A DNA stretch of 64,000 nt from Balamuthia mandrillaris (Eukaryota). The notes below the pieces were generated by a model, which made no database searches, was not told where the DNA came from, and saw only the letters and a list, made by a program, of their open reading frames with translations. Made by a program: the position numbers and the translations under genes. The stretch covers positions 124,001 through 188,000 of the forward strand of contig JAVKOQ020000048.1 of assembly GCA_031835245.2 (NCBI GenBank), written 5' to 3'. Positions 39,230 to 51,355 of this stretch are shown here, in pieces; position 1 is the stretch's first letter, and each line of letters opens with the position of its first letter.

Positions 39230-40420
39230 TCAGGAGGGAACAACAGCCATGCCAGCAGCTTCTGGCGTTGTGGCGGCAGAAACAAGATGGAGCCGTTGGC
39301 GGAAGACCTCCAACAGGGCATCCACAGAGGCAATGGGCAGGTAAGTAAGCAAGGGAGTCGCCCCAAAGGAATAGTGGCTGTCCTTGTGATAAAACAAAAG
39401 GGCCTCCCTCTGAAACGTTACAGCTGTTTGCTGCTCCTCTCCCTCTGCTTTGGCTGCAGCAACAGCAATGCTATGCGGATCGCAGCAGTCGTAAAAAGGC
39501 ATGGGCACAAAGGGAAACGGATTCTGTTCCATTCTCCTGGTGGCGTGCTCTGCATCCTCCATCAGCTTGGTGTTACGCCAATAGACCCTAAAGCTCGTGT
39601 CGCAGTCATAGTACAAGTGACCCTTCCAACAGACCACATCGAGGACATAATAGATGCCCTTCCCTTCCTCAAACACACAATCCAGGATGCAATAGTTGTG
39701 CAGTTTTCTCCAACCCCCACCACCGCCGCCATTGCTTCTTCCACTGCTGGTTCCACCACCAGCCGGCAGGTTGGAGCTGAACCGGTTGAAAACGGAGCCG
39801 TTGCGGAGGTAAGCTGTGGTCTTGCCGTTGCTAGAGATGACCAAGCATCGTTTGCCGCCGATGGGATAGGGCACCGCGAACCACCTGCTTTCCACCATGG
39901 TGCCTCCTTCTTTTTGTTGGATGAGGGCCAAATCTTCGGGAATGTCGAGCATGGGCTCTGGCAGCATGAGCTGGTCCCGATAGAGGTCTCGGTGGTTACG
40001 CCGTTCGCACCGCTCCGTTCGTGAGCGTCTATTCTGTGTCCCGGCTGCCTCTTCCTTCCCTTCGTCTTTTTTGTCTTCCTCCTCCTCTTCTCCTTCTTGA
40101 GGGCCAAGAGCCAGGCTGCGAGCGTATTGTGTGAGGTCCCTGCGTGCTTTCTTCTGCTTCCTCAAGAATCGTTCGCGCTTCTTGCCCTGTTCCTCATTGA
40201 TCTTTTTGAAGTCAGCGAGTCTGGTTTTGGAGTAATGATTGTTTGCGGTGGCACTGCCCAGCGTCTGCGAGAACAAACCTGAAAGAGCGTCCACGGTGGC
40301 CGAGGCTTGTGGACTAGCCAACGATGGGTCGCTCCCCATCGTGAACGATCCACCCCCGGAAGGAGTCCACGATGAGGCAGCTCCGCCCTCCTCCTTGTTC
40401 TCTTCCCCAGCGCCCCACAT
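39230..40420 (-). CDS. SNUPN: Snurportin-1 (m3G-cap snRNP import adaptor); intronless
   Basis: IBB-like RERFLRKQKKARRDL..ARSL, QLMLPEPMLDIP, PIGGKRCLVIS, FSSNLP, YYVLDVVCWKGH.YDCDTSFRVYW, LFYHKDSHYSFGATPL. Confidence 0.93.
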   Translation of the reverse strand: MWGAGEENKEEGGAASSWTPSGGGSFTMGSDPSLASPQASATVDALSGLFSQTLGSATANNHYSKTRLADFKKINEEQGKKRERFLRKQKKARRDLTQYARSLALGPQEGEEEEEDKKDEGKEEAAGTQNRRSRTERCERRNHRDLYRDQLMLPEPMLDIPEDLALIQQKEGGTMVESRWFAVPYPIGGKRCLVISSNGKTTAYLRNGSVFNRFSSNLPAGGGTSSGRSNGGGGGGWRKLHNYCILDCVFEEGKGIYYVLDVVCWKGHLYYDCDTSFRVYWRNTKLMEDAEHATRRMEQNPFPFVPMPFYDCCDPHSIAVAAAKAEGEEQQTAVTFQREALLFYHKDSHYSFGATPLLTYLPIASVDALLEVFRQRLHLVSAATTPEAAGMAVVPS

Positions 40421-40767
40421 CTCTCTCCCTTCTTGCTTCCGTCTAGTTTTACGGTTCGACTCCCGCTGCACTCTATCTTTTTTTTTATTTATTTTCCAAC
40501 AAATCGGAGTAGAATTTGTTTTCATGCTGTACAGTACCTCTGCAGCAGATTTTTTTGCTCGATGACCCTCAAGCGTCGACAAAAATTGAGCTTCGTAGGC
40601 AGAAAAAAAAAGGTGACGACAAAGAGAGGGAGAGGACAGGAGTTCTTGTGCGGAGAGGCGTTGTTGTTAGGACTCACTCACTCCCCTCTCTCTTCTTCTT
40701 TTTTTTTTTCCCCCAATTTTTTGGACTTCTCTTCTTAGGCTTTTGTGTTCTAGGAAAAGACAAAAAA

Positions 40768-40822
40768 ATGGAGGAGCAACAACAACAGGCTGCCGCACCG
40801 ATGACAACGGAGGAGGAGGAGG

Positions 40823-40863
<41 letters not shown>

Positions 40864-41935
40864 GAACCTCCGCAGCCAACGAACGAAGGCGAGAAGGAAG
40901 AGAAGGAAGAGGAGGTGGAGGAGGAGAGGAAAGAACAAACACAAGAGAATGGAGAGAATGAGAAAGAGGAGGAAGAACCTCGGCAAAACCAGGAGAAGAA
41001 AACAACGGAGGAGGAACAGGAAGAAGAGGAGGAAGAAGGGGAACTCAAAGAGGAGAAGGAGGAAGGAGAGATAAAGGATGACATAGAAGTGGGAGAAAAA
41101 GGAGTGGAAGGAGGAGAACCCGACTTTCATACAAAAAGAGAAAACATCTACGCCTCCATTTTTGGTGGCGACGATGAGGAGGACGAGGAAGAAGAACAGG
41201 AGGAGCTCAAAAAACTTAAAGCCAAAATGGGATTGTGTACGTTTGCCTTGTTGTTATTTCATTTTTTGAGCATTCTGTTCTTTGCCGATTCAAAACTTTC
41301 TCACTCCCTTCAAAAAATGCAGCGCTAGGGTTTGAAGGAGGAAAGAAAAGGAAGAAAAAGAAGCTGCGGAAAAAGGGCAGCACGATTGATCTCGACGAGG
41401 AGGAGGAAGAGGCCGAAGGCAAACGCACAAAAGGCAAACGAACCAAAAAGAAAAAGGCCGAAAGCAAAGTACATAACTCTCTCCTATTCTCTCTCTCTCT
41501 CTCTTCCTCTCCCTCCTCTTCTGTCTCTCTAAATAATTGTTAAATCTAACCGGCGTCAATCCATTAGAAGCAAACCAGAAAGAGAAAAAAAAGGGGAGAA
41601 GAAGAAGAGGAAGAGGAAGATGCGGAAGAAGGAGGAGAAGGGAAACGAAGAAGAGCAGCTGGAGAAGAAGGGGAGGAAGAGGGTTATGACGATGACGAAG
41701 AGGGAAGCCTGCCTCCCAAAGAGCAGGGTCCATTGGAGGAGGCCCTTGAAAGGCTGAAGAAAGGCAGAAGGAGCCGAAGGAGCATGGTTCCTTCCCAGGA
41801 CACAGCCATTATGGTCAGCCGCTTCATTGAAAGGATGGATGAGGCTGCAATGGCGGATGTCGAAGCCAACCGACAGGGCAGCATCGCACTTGCCAAACTC
41901 AAACTTCTTCCTGAAGTTGTTGCTCATCTCAAAAA

Positions 41936-41977
<42 letters not shown>

Positions 41978-42885
41978 TCCCTCTCCCTCTCCTCCCTCCT
42001 TTCTTTGTTTTGTTGTTTGCTCATTTCTCAAAAAATTATTATTTACGATAGGGTGTATCTTCAAGGACAATTTATAGAGCAGAATGCACTTCCAGTGCTC
42101 CGGCGTTGGTTGGAGCCGTTGCCGGATGGCTCATTGCCCAGTCTCAACATTCGCAAGGAGCTCTTAGGCCTGCTCGGTATGCTCCCTCTTGACAAAGAGC
42201 ACCTCAAGGATAGCGGACTTGGAAAAGTGGTCATGTTCCTTTGGAAGAGTCCCAAAGAGACCAAAGAGAACAAGAAGCTGGCTCAAGAGCTGATCCAGCG
42301 GTGGAGTAGGCCCATTTTCGAGCTGAGCACTGACTACAAGGATCTCGCTGAGTACGAAAAAGACAAAGCTAGGCTCAGTTCTCGCTCTCGGTATTACTTT
42401 TTCTGTTTTTTTTTAATTTCCTTCTAACATAAACTGCGCTGAATTTCTTGCAAACAAAAAGCTTAAACAGGTCTCTTTCCAGAGAAAGCAACTCTTTAGA
42501 TTCATCTTCTGCCTCTTCTTCACTCGAATTCAGCTTTGATAGCCAACAATCTGATGCACCCAAGGACCAACCAGGGTAACTCTCTCTTCTCTCCTCTCTT
42601 CTCTTCGTTCTCTTCTCTCTTTCATTGTTTCTCACTGTTTTTTTCACCCTTTATAGTCTCATTGCGACAAAGTTGGGTTATGTATCGAGCACTTACCATG
42701 CGCGCATTCCAGAACCAGCCTCAAAGGATTACCTCCACCGTCCACAGTCCAACGTGAACGAGGAGGAGCTGCGCGCCAACAAAGCGCTGGCAGAAAGGCG
42801 GCTTGGCACCAGCAATCCTCGTCACAAGAAGCTCACCAAGAAGCTCTCCGACTTGAAACTGAAGCGCAAGTTGCGTGGTGCCTAA
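40768..42885 (+). CDS. IWS1: IWS1/Spn1 transcription elongation factor
   Basis: Acidic N-terminus; MDEAAMADVEAN..ALAKLKLL; WLEPLPDGSLP; LKDSGLGKVVMFL; LIQRWSRPIF; HARIPEP..DY.HRP. Confidence 0.95.
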
Positions 42886-43066
42886 CCACTTATACATACA
42901 CGTTAAAAAAACGCAAGACTAAACTGTTTTTGCATACTTTTTAATCTTCTTTCTCTTCTTCATTCTGTCTTTGCTGCTATAAGTGAAGTTGGAATTCGCC
43001 CATTCATTCATTCAAACAGTTTTACAATTGCAAAAGAAAAATAAAAAAAAGTTACAAGGAGACTTC

Positions 43067-45663
43067 TCAACAGTTTACAAGAGCAAAGGGTTGGCGCACC
43101 GAACGGGATGCTGGCGAAGGTATGTCGTCATACACCTTTTCCTTGCCTTTATCTCGCCGACGGGCTGCAGCCGTTGTTGCTGTCCTTGCTGTTGTTGTCG
43201 GTTTGCTCTTGTTGCTTGTTGTTGCCGCAGTTGACCGCCGTTCGTTATGATCTCTGTCTTCTTCGTTTTCTTTGTTGTCTTGCTCTAATTGTGCGACTCT
43301 CGCCCGTTCCTTCTTGTTTCCGTTTGGCTTGGTTGTTTCTTGTTTCTTTGTTTTGGAGGAAGCCTGTTCTTTGCTTCCTTTTCGTTTTCCTTTAGCTCCT
43401 TTCTTTCGTGTATTCTTTTGGGGTCTCTCCTCTTCCTGCTCTTCCTCTTCCTCCTCGCTCAGTTCATCTTCCTCCTCTTCCCCATCCTCTTCTTCCTCCG
43501 TTCTTTTTCGCTTGTCAGAGGCTTTCCGCCGTGATGACGGCCCATTCTGTTCCACCTCGGCCTCCTCTCCTTGAACAGTCTCCAACGAAATGGAATCCAC
43601 TGATTCGAACGTCAACGGGATTGAAGAGAGTAAACGAAGCTTGATGCCGTGATCCAATGGTCCGACACCGGTACTGCTATCCTGTTGCTCTCCTCCGCTT
43701 ATCATTCTGTCATGCCTCTGCGGCCGAATGATGTCGATGTTGCCATTGTTGGCGAGTTGCAAGATGGCAGCAAACTTCCTGCAAACCTCGTAGACCTCGT
43801 CACCATCTACCAAGCTCTCAAAACCCACGACCACGCCTTGCCGCTCCTCCTCCTCATCTGCCTGCGGGTCATCCTCTTGTTGCTGCTCTCTTGGTGGCAC
43901 CATCTTCCTCACGGGAAACCTCTCCAGAATGCGCTCTCCATAGTCGTGGATGTCAAAGTTGGGATGAAGGCTCTGCTCCTCGAGGATAGGCTCCAATTTG
44001 CTCTTCCACTGGCCAACCCGTTTGGAGAGTGAAGTCTCCACCGCGAAGGCCTCTGCGCTGGACAGGTAGTTCTCAATGTGTCGCCTGCAAAGGTCCTCAT
44101 AGCTCTCGCAATGCTCTATACCTCCAGCAGATGCGGCAGAGTAGTTACTGCCCATCCAGTCGGTGCCTCCATCATCCAGGGCCATCGGAGGAGGTGCGCC
44201 ATCACCGTTGGCGGACGAGAAAGAGGAATGCATGGGAAGCAATCCATCGTCCACGTCATCATCGTCATCATCATCAGCTGCTGTAGGGAAACCAAAGTCG
44301 TGGCCATAGTCATCAAATGGAACTGCATTGTCACCAGAAGAGGAAGCAGCAGCAGAGCTACTGCCGCCACTGGCAAGATTGTTGGAGGCCATGTAGTCTT
44401 GTTCTATCTGCTCGAACCGATCGAGACCGTCAACCAGTTCGACTTGTTGGTGAGCGGCGCTCATTTGCTGAATCTCTTCCTCCTCTTCCTCGTATCCATA
44501 AAAGATCTCTACGCCACCTTTCTTCTTCTTGTGCTTGCTCTCCCTGACTTGCTTCCTTGCGTTCAATCTCCGTTTCATTTCGAGGGCGTAAAGATATTTG
44601 AACTCGGGAAGATATGGTCCTCTTACGGACCGCAGAGAGCACACGTCTTCCTGTTCTTGCTCTTGTTCATCTTCCATCTTGTTGCTTTCCTCTGATGACG
44701 GTGGTGGTTTGTCTTTGCTTCCTCGTTTTCGTTTGGTGGAAGCAGAGGGACCTCCAAGGCTCTCTGGAAGTTTCCACGTCTTTCCTTTCTTCAGCGGTCT
44801 CTCCTGTAGCTCGTTCAAATGCGGGTTCAACGTTGCCCAATAATCAACCGGGTCTTCATGAACAGGTTCCTCATGCTCTTCCGTGATGCGCTCCTTTTCC
44901 ATTAACTTTTTTCTAGTTGTTGTGGATGAGTCTTGCCCTTGTTGCTGCTGTTGCGCGTTTGTTGCGACAAAACCACCACCATCATTTTCCATTCTTTCTC
45001 TCAGTTGTGCCATCACAGTTGACCCTTCTCCTTCCTGCGCATTCTTGGCTGCTTCAGCACGTCGCTTTGCCTCCTCTTCATCAATCTCCTCATCGTCGTC
45101 AGTCAAATCTTCTTGCACATCGTCGTCATCGTCATCACCGATATGGCTTCTACGAAGTCCTCCTACCTCAAACTCAACGTTGGTGTGGTCTTTGTTGTGT
45201 TGTTGGTTTGTGCTGCTGCCGTTATTCTCCCAAATGCTGTTCTTGCCGCTCAGTTTGTCCTCGTCTTCTAACAGGAGAGCGCCCGAGGGATGCACCGCGC
45301 ATGTATTCATCCTAAAGTCGGTTCTCCTAGTGCCATCGCTGACGCCTTCCTCGGCGCTGAGCGGCATCAAGGCCAGTGGCGCTCTGGTGAGAGCGTATTC
45401 TTTTAATCGGGTTTCCATGCGGCGATGTGGACTCTCCACCAAGTCGATGTTATCTGACTCTGCAGAGGAAAAACAAGTTTGCAAACGAGTAAGTAAACAG
45501 AATAAGAGAGCAGCGAGAAAAACAAAGAACGAACCTTCTATGTCGTCCAGAGTTAAAAACTCTGTTTCTTTCTCCTCGAACTCAGCAACATCCCTGTCGT
45601 TGCCTTCCTTATCCACCGAAGTCCTCTGTTTCTTTCTTTAACAACATAATCGTAGAGAAAGAA

Positions 45664-45710
<47 letters not shown>

Positions 45711-46238
45711 GAGAGATGTAGAGAAACTTAGTCAAAAATTAATTGTTAAACGGAAGCGAGACAAACCTTTCAATCAGGAAATCAAGAGTTTGATAGAGCA
45801 AAAGGTACAAGTATTCCACTTTTTTGGAGTAGATGCAAGTAGAGCCTTGGATCAGCAACGCAGCTGCAAAGCGCGGAAGAAGAAACGAAAAAGAGGTAAG
45901 GAAACTAAATTGGCTATAAAAAAACAAAATAATAAAACCTTCTGCAAAGTTGAGCGTTTTCCCCACGTCCTCGAACGAAAACGTGATCTTCTCTAGTTCT
46001 TGGAGGTACTCCTCCAACTCGCTCGCAATATCTATATTCCAATTCTGTGCGAGATCTCTGCGTCGTCACACACACACACACACACACAAAAACACACAAA
46101 ATCAGCGCACATGGTTGATTTTTGAATTTGTTTTGTTTCTTTTTCTTCTTTTTCAGTTTAAAAAAAATAAAATAAAATCTCATCAAACCTAATGGGCTGC
46201 AACAAGTGCAAATACCGGCTCTCTGTGTCTGCACTCAT
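43067..46238 (-). CDS. NCAPH2: Condensin II kleisin subunit CAP-H2
   Basis: Spliced N-terminus [60 protein letters not shown]-terminus [34 protein letters not shown]. Confidence 0.95.
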
Positions 46239-46375
46239 CTTTCTTTTTCTTCTTCTTCTTCTTCTTATTCTCTCATCCAAAACAAACGGTCAATTTTCTT
46301 TTCTATTCTTTTCTTTTTTGAAGAAAACAACAAAATGTAAAAAAAATGAAAAACAAAAAAAGTAAAACAAAAAAT

Positions 46376-46397
46376 GGCGGGAAAATTTTGGCGGGAA
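46376..46397 (-). promoter_or_regulatory. Two tandem E2F-like sites upstream of NCAPH2
   Basis: GGCGGGAAA at 46376 and TTTTGGCGGGAA at 46386 (TTCCCGCC on minus), about 140-160 bp upstream of the ATG. Confidence 0.5.
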
Positions 46398-46428
46398 GAA
46401 TTGTTGTCGACCAATAGGTCGACAGAAA

Positions 46429-47917
46429 TCACAACAGGATATCTTTGGCAGAGAGCAAGCGCTCCTCCTCCTTTTGTTTTCTGAGCCTTCGTTGTTCCTC
46501 TCGTTGCTGCCGTGCTTTGAACCGACTAGAATGGTGGGAGCAGGAAATAGTATTATTATAAATGAGGCCATTTGTGTTGATGAGGAAAAGAAAAATGGAA
46601 AGGAGAATAACCTGTATTCCAAGGGCAGGCGATAAGGTCTCCACAACTTCTTCCAAATGCCATCAGGGTTCCAGGGCTTACTATCTCCGTTCCACTCAAT
46701 CACGCCGTTGCCTATCAGTTTGTTCTCTTCATGATCAGGCGGTCTCTCGGTTGGTCTATAGGGAAATCCTAAGCTAATATGATGTTCCCACCCAACTTAT
46801 TGTATTGGGAAGAGTGGTTAAACAAGAGTGGTTAAACATTCGCAGCGAAAAACCAGTCAGCAAAATATCGTAGCTGCGCGGTCCATTAAATAAAATGATA
46901 TAGGTTTCACCTGTTTCTTTTAGGTTCTCATAGGTATGGTAGAACACAGCCATAAGAGGAGGTTGAGAGCCACAGATATAGAGCTTCTCCTCCGAGTTGG
47001 CCTGCATCCATCGCTCCAACTTCTCAGTGATGCGTTGCTTTTGCCACTCTTCAATGTCAGCTACATATACTCCAGCTTCAAAAGCACAGTCGATACCAAA
47101 CATCTTCTGCTCAACAGATTTTTTGTTAATCCTTCCGGTGGGATAAAGAAGAAAAGCAGAGAACTGATTTCAAAAAAAAGCAGAAGTAGGAGACTAGGAA
47201 GTAAATTCGAAGAACAATGACAACAAGCAAACGAACCTGAATAAGAGGATTGTCGACTTCAAAGTAATGCTGATATCTAGCGCCACAGTTTTCAAAGACA
47301 GCAAAGACAGGCGGCTCTCCTGGTCGCTGCTGAAGCAACGGATCCAATTCAAAGCGAGAGGCATCTACATGCGGCCTGTTCTCCGCCGTATCGGTAAGAA
47401 GAGCTTTATTATACAGCTCCGCTATATCCCTGGTAAATATGGTGTCCGCGTCCACGTAGACTATCTTTTTTAGGTCCGGCCAGTGATGGTACACGTAGAA
47501 GCGAGCAAAGTTCAAGTCGTTGATGAGGCGCCGCCAGTCCTCCGCCTCGTGCACCAAATACTTGCCTTGCACTAAGGAGCGATTGAATGCTTGCACGTCC
47601 AAGTGATAGATCTTCGGCAGGTCTCCTTTGCCCTGATTAAAGTAAGTCTCCAACCAGAGCTGCAAGTAGGGCATGTCCTCCTCGGAGGTGAGGATCTTGA
47701 AGCTAAGGTCCTGCGGGCGAGAGGCGTGTTTGAGGATGGAATGGAGGGACGCTCCTAGGCCTTCGATGTAACCTCCATCCACGCAATAGATAACGTCCAC
47801 TTTCTCCTGGGAAACGAGCGACCCTGTTCCAGCCTGAGGCTCCGTTGTCTCAGCAGCACCACGCGGCAGCGACGACAGCAAGACAACGCCCAAAAGACAG
47901 CACCAGACGACTTTCAT
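46429..47917 (-). CDS. Glycosyltransferase family 8 protein
   Basis: Signal/anchor; LNFARFY; KIVYVDAD (DxD); FEAGVYVADIEEW; GSQPPLMAVF; EWNGDSKPW. Last exon 46429-46524 inferred. Confidence 0.9.
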
Positions 47918-48028
47918 GCTGTGTGTGGCTTCTTTGTTTTCTTCTTTTTTCACACGTCAGCCTAATCATATAACAAATAATACAAATCTCAATTAATTTA
48001 AACTGACCAATCGCATCGATCCGTCACA

Positions 48029-48047
48029 CGTGGCAGCCTTCCATTGG
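48029..48047 (-). promoter_or_regulatory. ERSE-like element CCAAT-N9-CCACG in the GT8/GH31 bidirectional promoter
   Basis: Minus strand reads CCAAT GGAAGGCTG CCACG. Function is untested. Confidence 0.45.
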
Positions 48048-48155
48048 TCATTAAAGTAAGCACAAGGCATTACACGCAGAAAAACGTACCAGGAACGCCA
48101 AGTACAAGTGCGATGCCAAAAGAAAAAAACTTTGGTTGTTCGGAAAAATCAGGGA

Positions 48156-51100
48156 ATGGAGGTGGGAAGGACCGCGTTTCTGCTGTTGGTGGTGACGACC
48201 GTGGTGCTGCTCTCCGCTACGGCGGTGGACGGGCAGGATGCCTTTGCCAAGACCGACTGCTCTTTCTATTGCACGCGCCAAGATGAGTTTGGTCCCTGTA
48301 ATGTTCAAGACTACTGCAACTGGGTCGGCTGCACCTGGCAACCTTCCTCGGACGGCCCTTGGTACGCGTCCCTCTTTCTCTTCATTCGTTTTTAGGTTTT
48401 CTCACTCGCCTTGTAACAAAAAGGTGTTATGTGCCAACGGTTCCGGACTACTATGTGACCACTCAAGTGCTGAAGACAAAGACAGGGATAACGCTCCACT
48501 TGACGCCGAAAAAAAGCCGCCCGTTCTTTGGACCGGACGTGCGTAACGTGTCCGTGGCCATTTACATGGAGACGGCGAACCGTCTTCACGTGAAGATCTC
48601 CGACGCCAACGCTACTCGTTTCGAAATACCTCCTTCCATATCTCCGCGACCGCCTTTGCCTAAGCACATGCCTTCCACTACGGTTCGTATTCCTTTCTCT
48701 TTCTTGCTCTTCTTTGTTTGTTCTTTCTCTTCTTTCTTCTTGTTCTTCTTCCTACTCCTGTGTGCTTCTTTGCTCTTTTTGTTTGCGTCTTTACGCTCAT
48801 TCTTTCAATGACAGCACTACTCCGTGCAACACTCCAGCGTGGGCGAACCTTTCTGGTTCCAAGTCATCCGTACATCGACCGGCGAGAAGCTCTTTGACAC
48901 TCGTGCCACTCCTTCTCTTTCTTCCTCTCTCCTCTCCACCAACAACATCAACGCCAACGAACCAACCTTCAACAACCTCATCTTTAAGGACCAGTACTTG
49001 GAGATCTCCACAAAACTGCCCAAAGGGTACCATATCTATGGCCTCGGAGAGAGCTTCCGCCAGAACTTTGCCATCTATCCCGGAGAGACCCGCACCCTCT
49101 GGACCATGGACAACTTTGGGCAGCCCACAGGACAGAACGCCTACGGCTCTCATCCATTTTACCTCGAGGTGAGGGAGGGAAGCAAGAAGGCACACGGCGT
49201 CTATCTTCGCAACAGCAACGCCATGGAGGTTGTCCTCGGCGAGCAGTACCTCACCTACAAAGTAACCGGCGGAGTGTTGGACTTTTATTTCTTCCTGGGA
49301 GAGACCGTGGATGCGGTCATGGACCAGTACACGGACGTCATTGGCAAGCCTGCTCTGGTGCCTTTCTGGGGATTGGGATTTCATCAGTGCAGATGGGGAT
49401 ACAACAACGTGGATGTGCTGCAGCAGGTGTTGGACAAGTATCGCCAGGCGGACATCCCGTTGGATACCATTTGGACGGACATTGACTACATGGAGGATCA
49501 TCGTGACTTTACTGTGGCTCCTTCCTTTGCTCCCAACGCGAACATGGCTGCTTTTCTTGATAAACTCCACAAGAATGGACAGCATTACGTTCTCGTCGTA
49601 GATCCTAGTAAGTACTCTTCTTTAACGCCGCCTCTATCTTCGTTCTTATTTGCTTATTCTTTTCTTTCTCCAATAAACAAACAGGCATTCAAGCAAACAA
49701 TCATTACAGCCCATACACGGACGGTCTCAAGGAGAATGTCTTTGTACGAGACAACGCGTGGCAAAACCCGTTCTACGGCAAGTCGTGGGCCGGCGATGTA
49801 GTCTTCCCCGACTTCTTCTGCCTTAACTCCACCACCCAATGGTGGACCGACAACCTCCGCAAGTTCAGGAAAGACTATGGCGTCAGCTTTGATGGTCTTT
49901 GGCTGGACATGAACGAACCTTCCAACATGCAGTACGACCAATGGATTCCCAAGAAGCCCTTCGGAGAGTTCGACAGCGGTCATCCTCCGTTTGTCATTAA
50001 CAACAGAGGAGGCCACCTTCCTATCTCCTACTTCACCATCAACACGGACGCCTTGCACTGTGGACTGAACGCCGAGGATGGTTCTCCTCGGGATCAACCA
50101 GAGCTGGCCTACAACGTGCACAATATGTACGGCCTCTCCGAGGCTAAAGCCTCCTACAAGGCTTTGGTAGATATCCTCGGCAAGCGTCCCTTCCTGATCG
50201 CCCGCTCCTCCTTTCCTGGATCCGGCACCTACACCGGACACTGGACCGGAGACAACCTCTCCCTATGGGAGCACCTGCACCACAGCATCAGCAGCATGCT
50301 CAACTCGCAGCTCTTTGGCATGCCCTTTGTCGGCAGCGACATCTGCGGCTTTGGCGGCGACTCTGTCGGGGAGGAGCTCTGCGCCCGTTGGATGGCTCTC
50401 GGTGCATTCTATCCCTTTGCTCGCAACCATTTTGGCAACTGGAAGTCCCCTCAGGAGCCCTTCGTGTGGCCGACCGTCGCCAAGATCTCCTCCAAGCTGC
50501 TCCACGCTCGTTACAGCCTTCTCAACTATTATTACACCCTTCTCTTCGAAGCCAGCGTGAAGGGCGCTCCTGTCGTTCGCGCCCTCTTCTTCGACTTTGC
50601 CAATGACTCCAACACTTTCGCCATCGACGACCAGTTCTTGGTCGGTCATGCTCTGCTCGTCTGCCCTGTGGTCAAGCAAGGTGCTCTCGAGCGTGACTGC
50701 TACTTCCCTCCTGACGCTTTGTGGTATGACTTCTTCTCCAACGCGCCACTGTCCAACAAGAAGGGAGGTTACGTTCATTTGGATGTTCCGTTGGATGCCA
50801 TTCCGGTGTTCCAGAGGGGAGGCACCATCATGCCCATGCAACACCCCGCGCTGACCACCACTGAGCTTCGTCAAAATCCATTCTACCTTCGCGTGGCTTT
50901 GGATGCCAACCAAAGTGCCACTGGTTCTCTCTACTATGATGACGGAGACAGCATTGATCCCATTACGACCTCATCCTACCTTTTAGTCTCCTTCTCGGCT
51001 GCTCCCGTAAAGAGCGCTTCCACTCGCACTGTTCAGCTGGTTGCACAGCGAAAAGCAGGGACAGCACCGTCGTGGGAGCCTCCTTCTCTGGCCTCGGTGG

Positions 51101-51261
51101 AGGTGTTGGGCGTGCCCTCTGCTCCCACCAAAGTAACCTTTGATGGAACTGTTCTGCCTTCCTCCCACATCAAGTACAACAACGCCACTTCCAATCTCTC
51201 GGTGCAGATGCCAGACTCAGCCTCCATTCTTGACAAGTTTACTCTCACCTGGTCTTACTGA
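48156..51261 (+). CDS. GH31 acid alpha-glucosidase-like enzyme with signal peptide and trefoil-like domain
   Basis: IYGLGE, YGSHPFY, GFHQCRWGY, WTDIDYM, nucleophile WLDMNEPS, acid/base HWTGDN, GSDICGF, GAFYPFARNH. Confidence 0.95.
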
Positions 51262-51355
51262 AGCTCTCTCGCTCTATATGTATGTAAACAAAACAAGATA
51301 GAAACAGGAAGCTGTACTTACAAAGGAGGAGGCGTTTTCTTCCTTGTTTTTTTCG

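Noticed and set aside
39185..40024. Long antisense ORFs over snurportin (likewise over WASP, GH31 and NCAPH2)
   Set aside because: Shadows of GC-rich coding sequence with no recognisable motifs.
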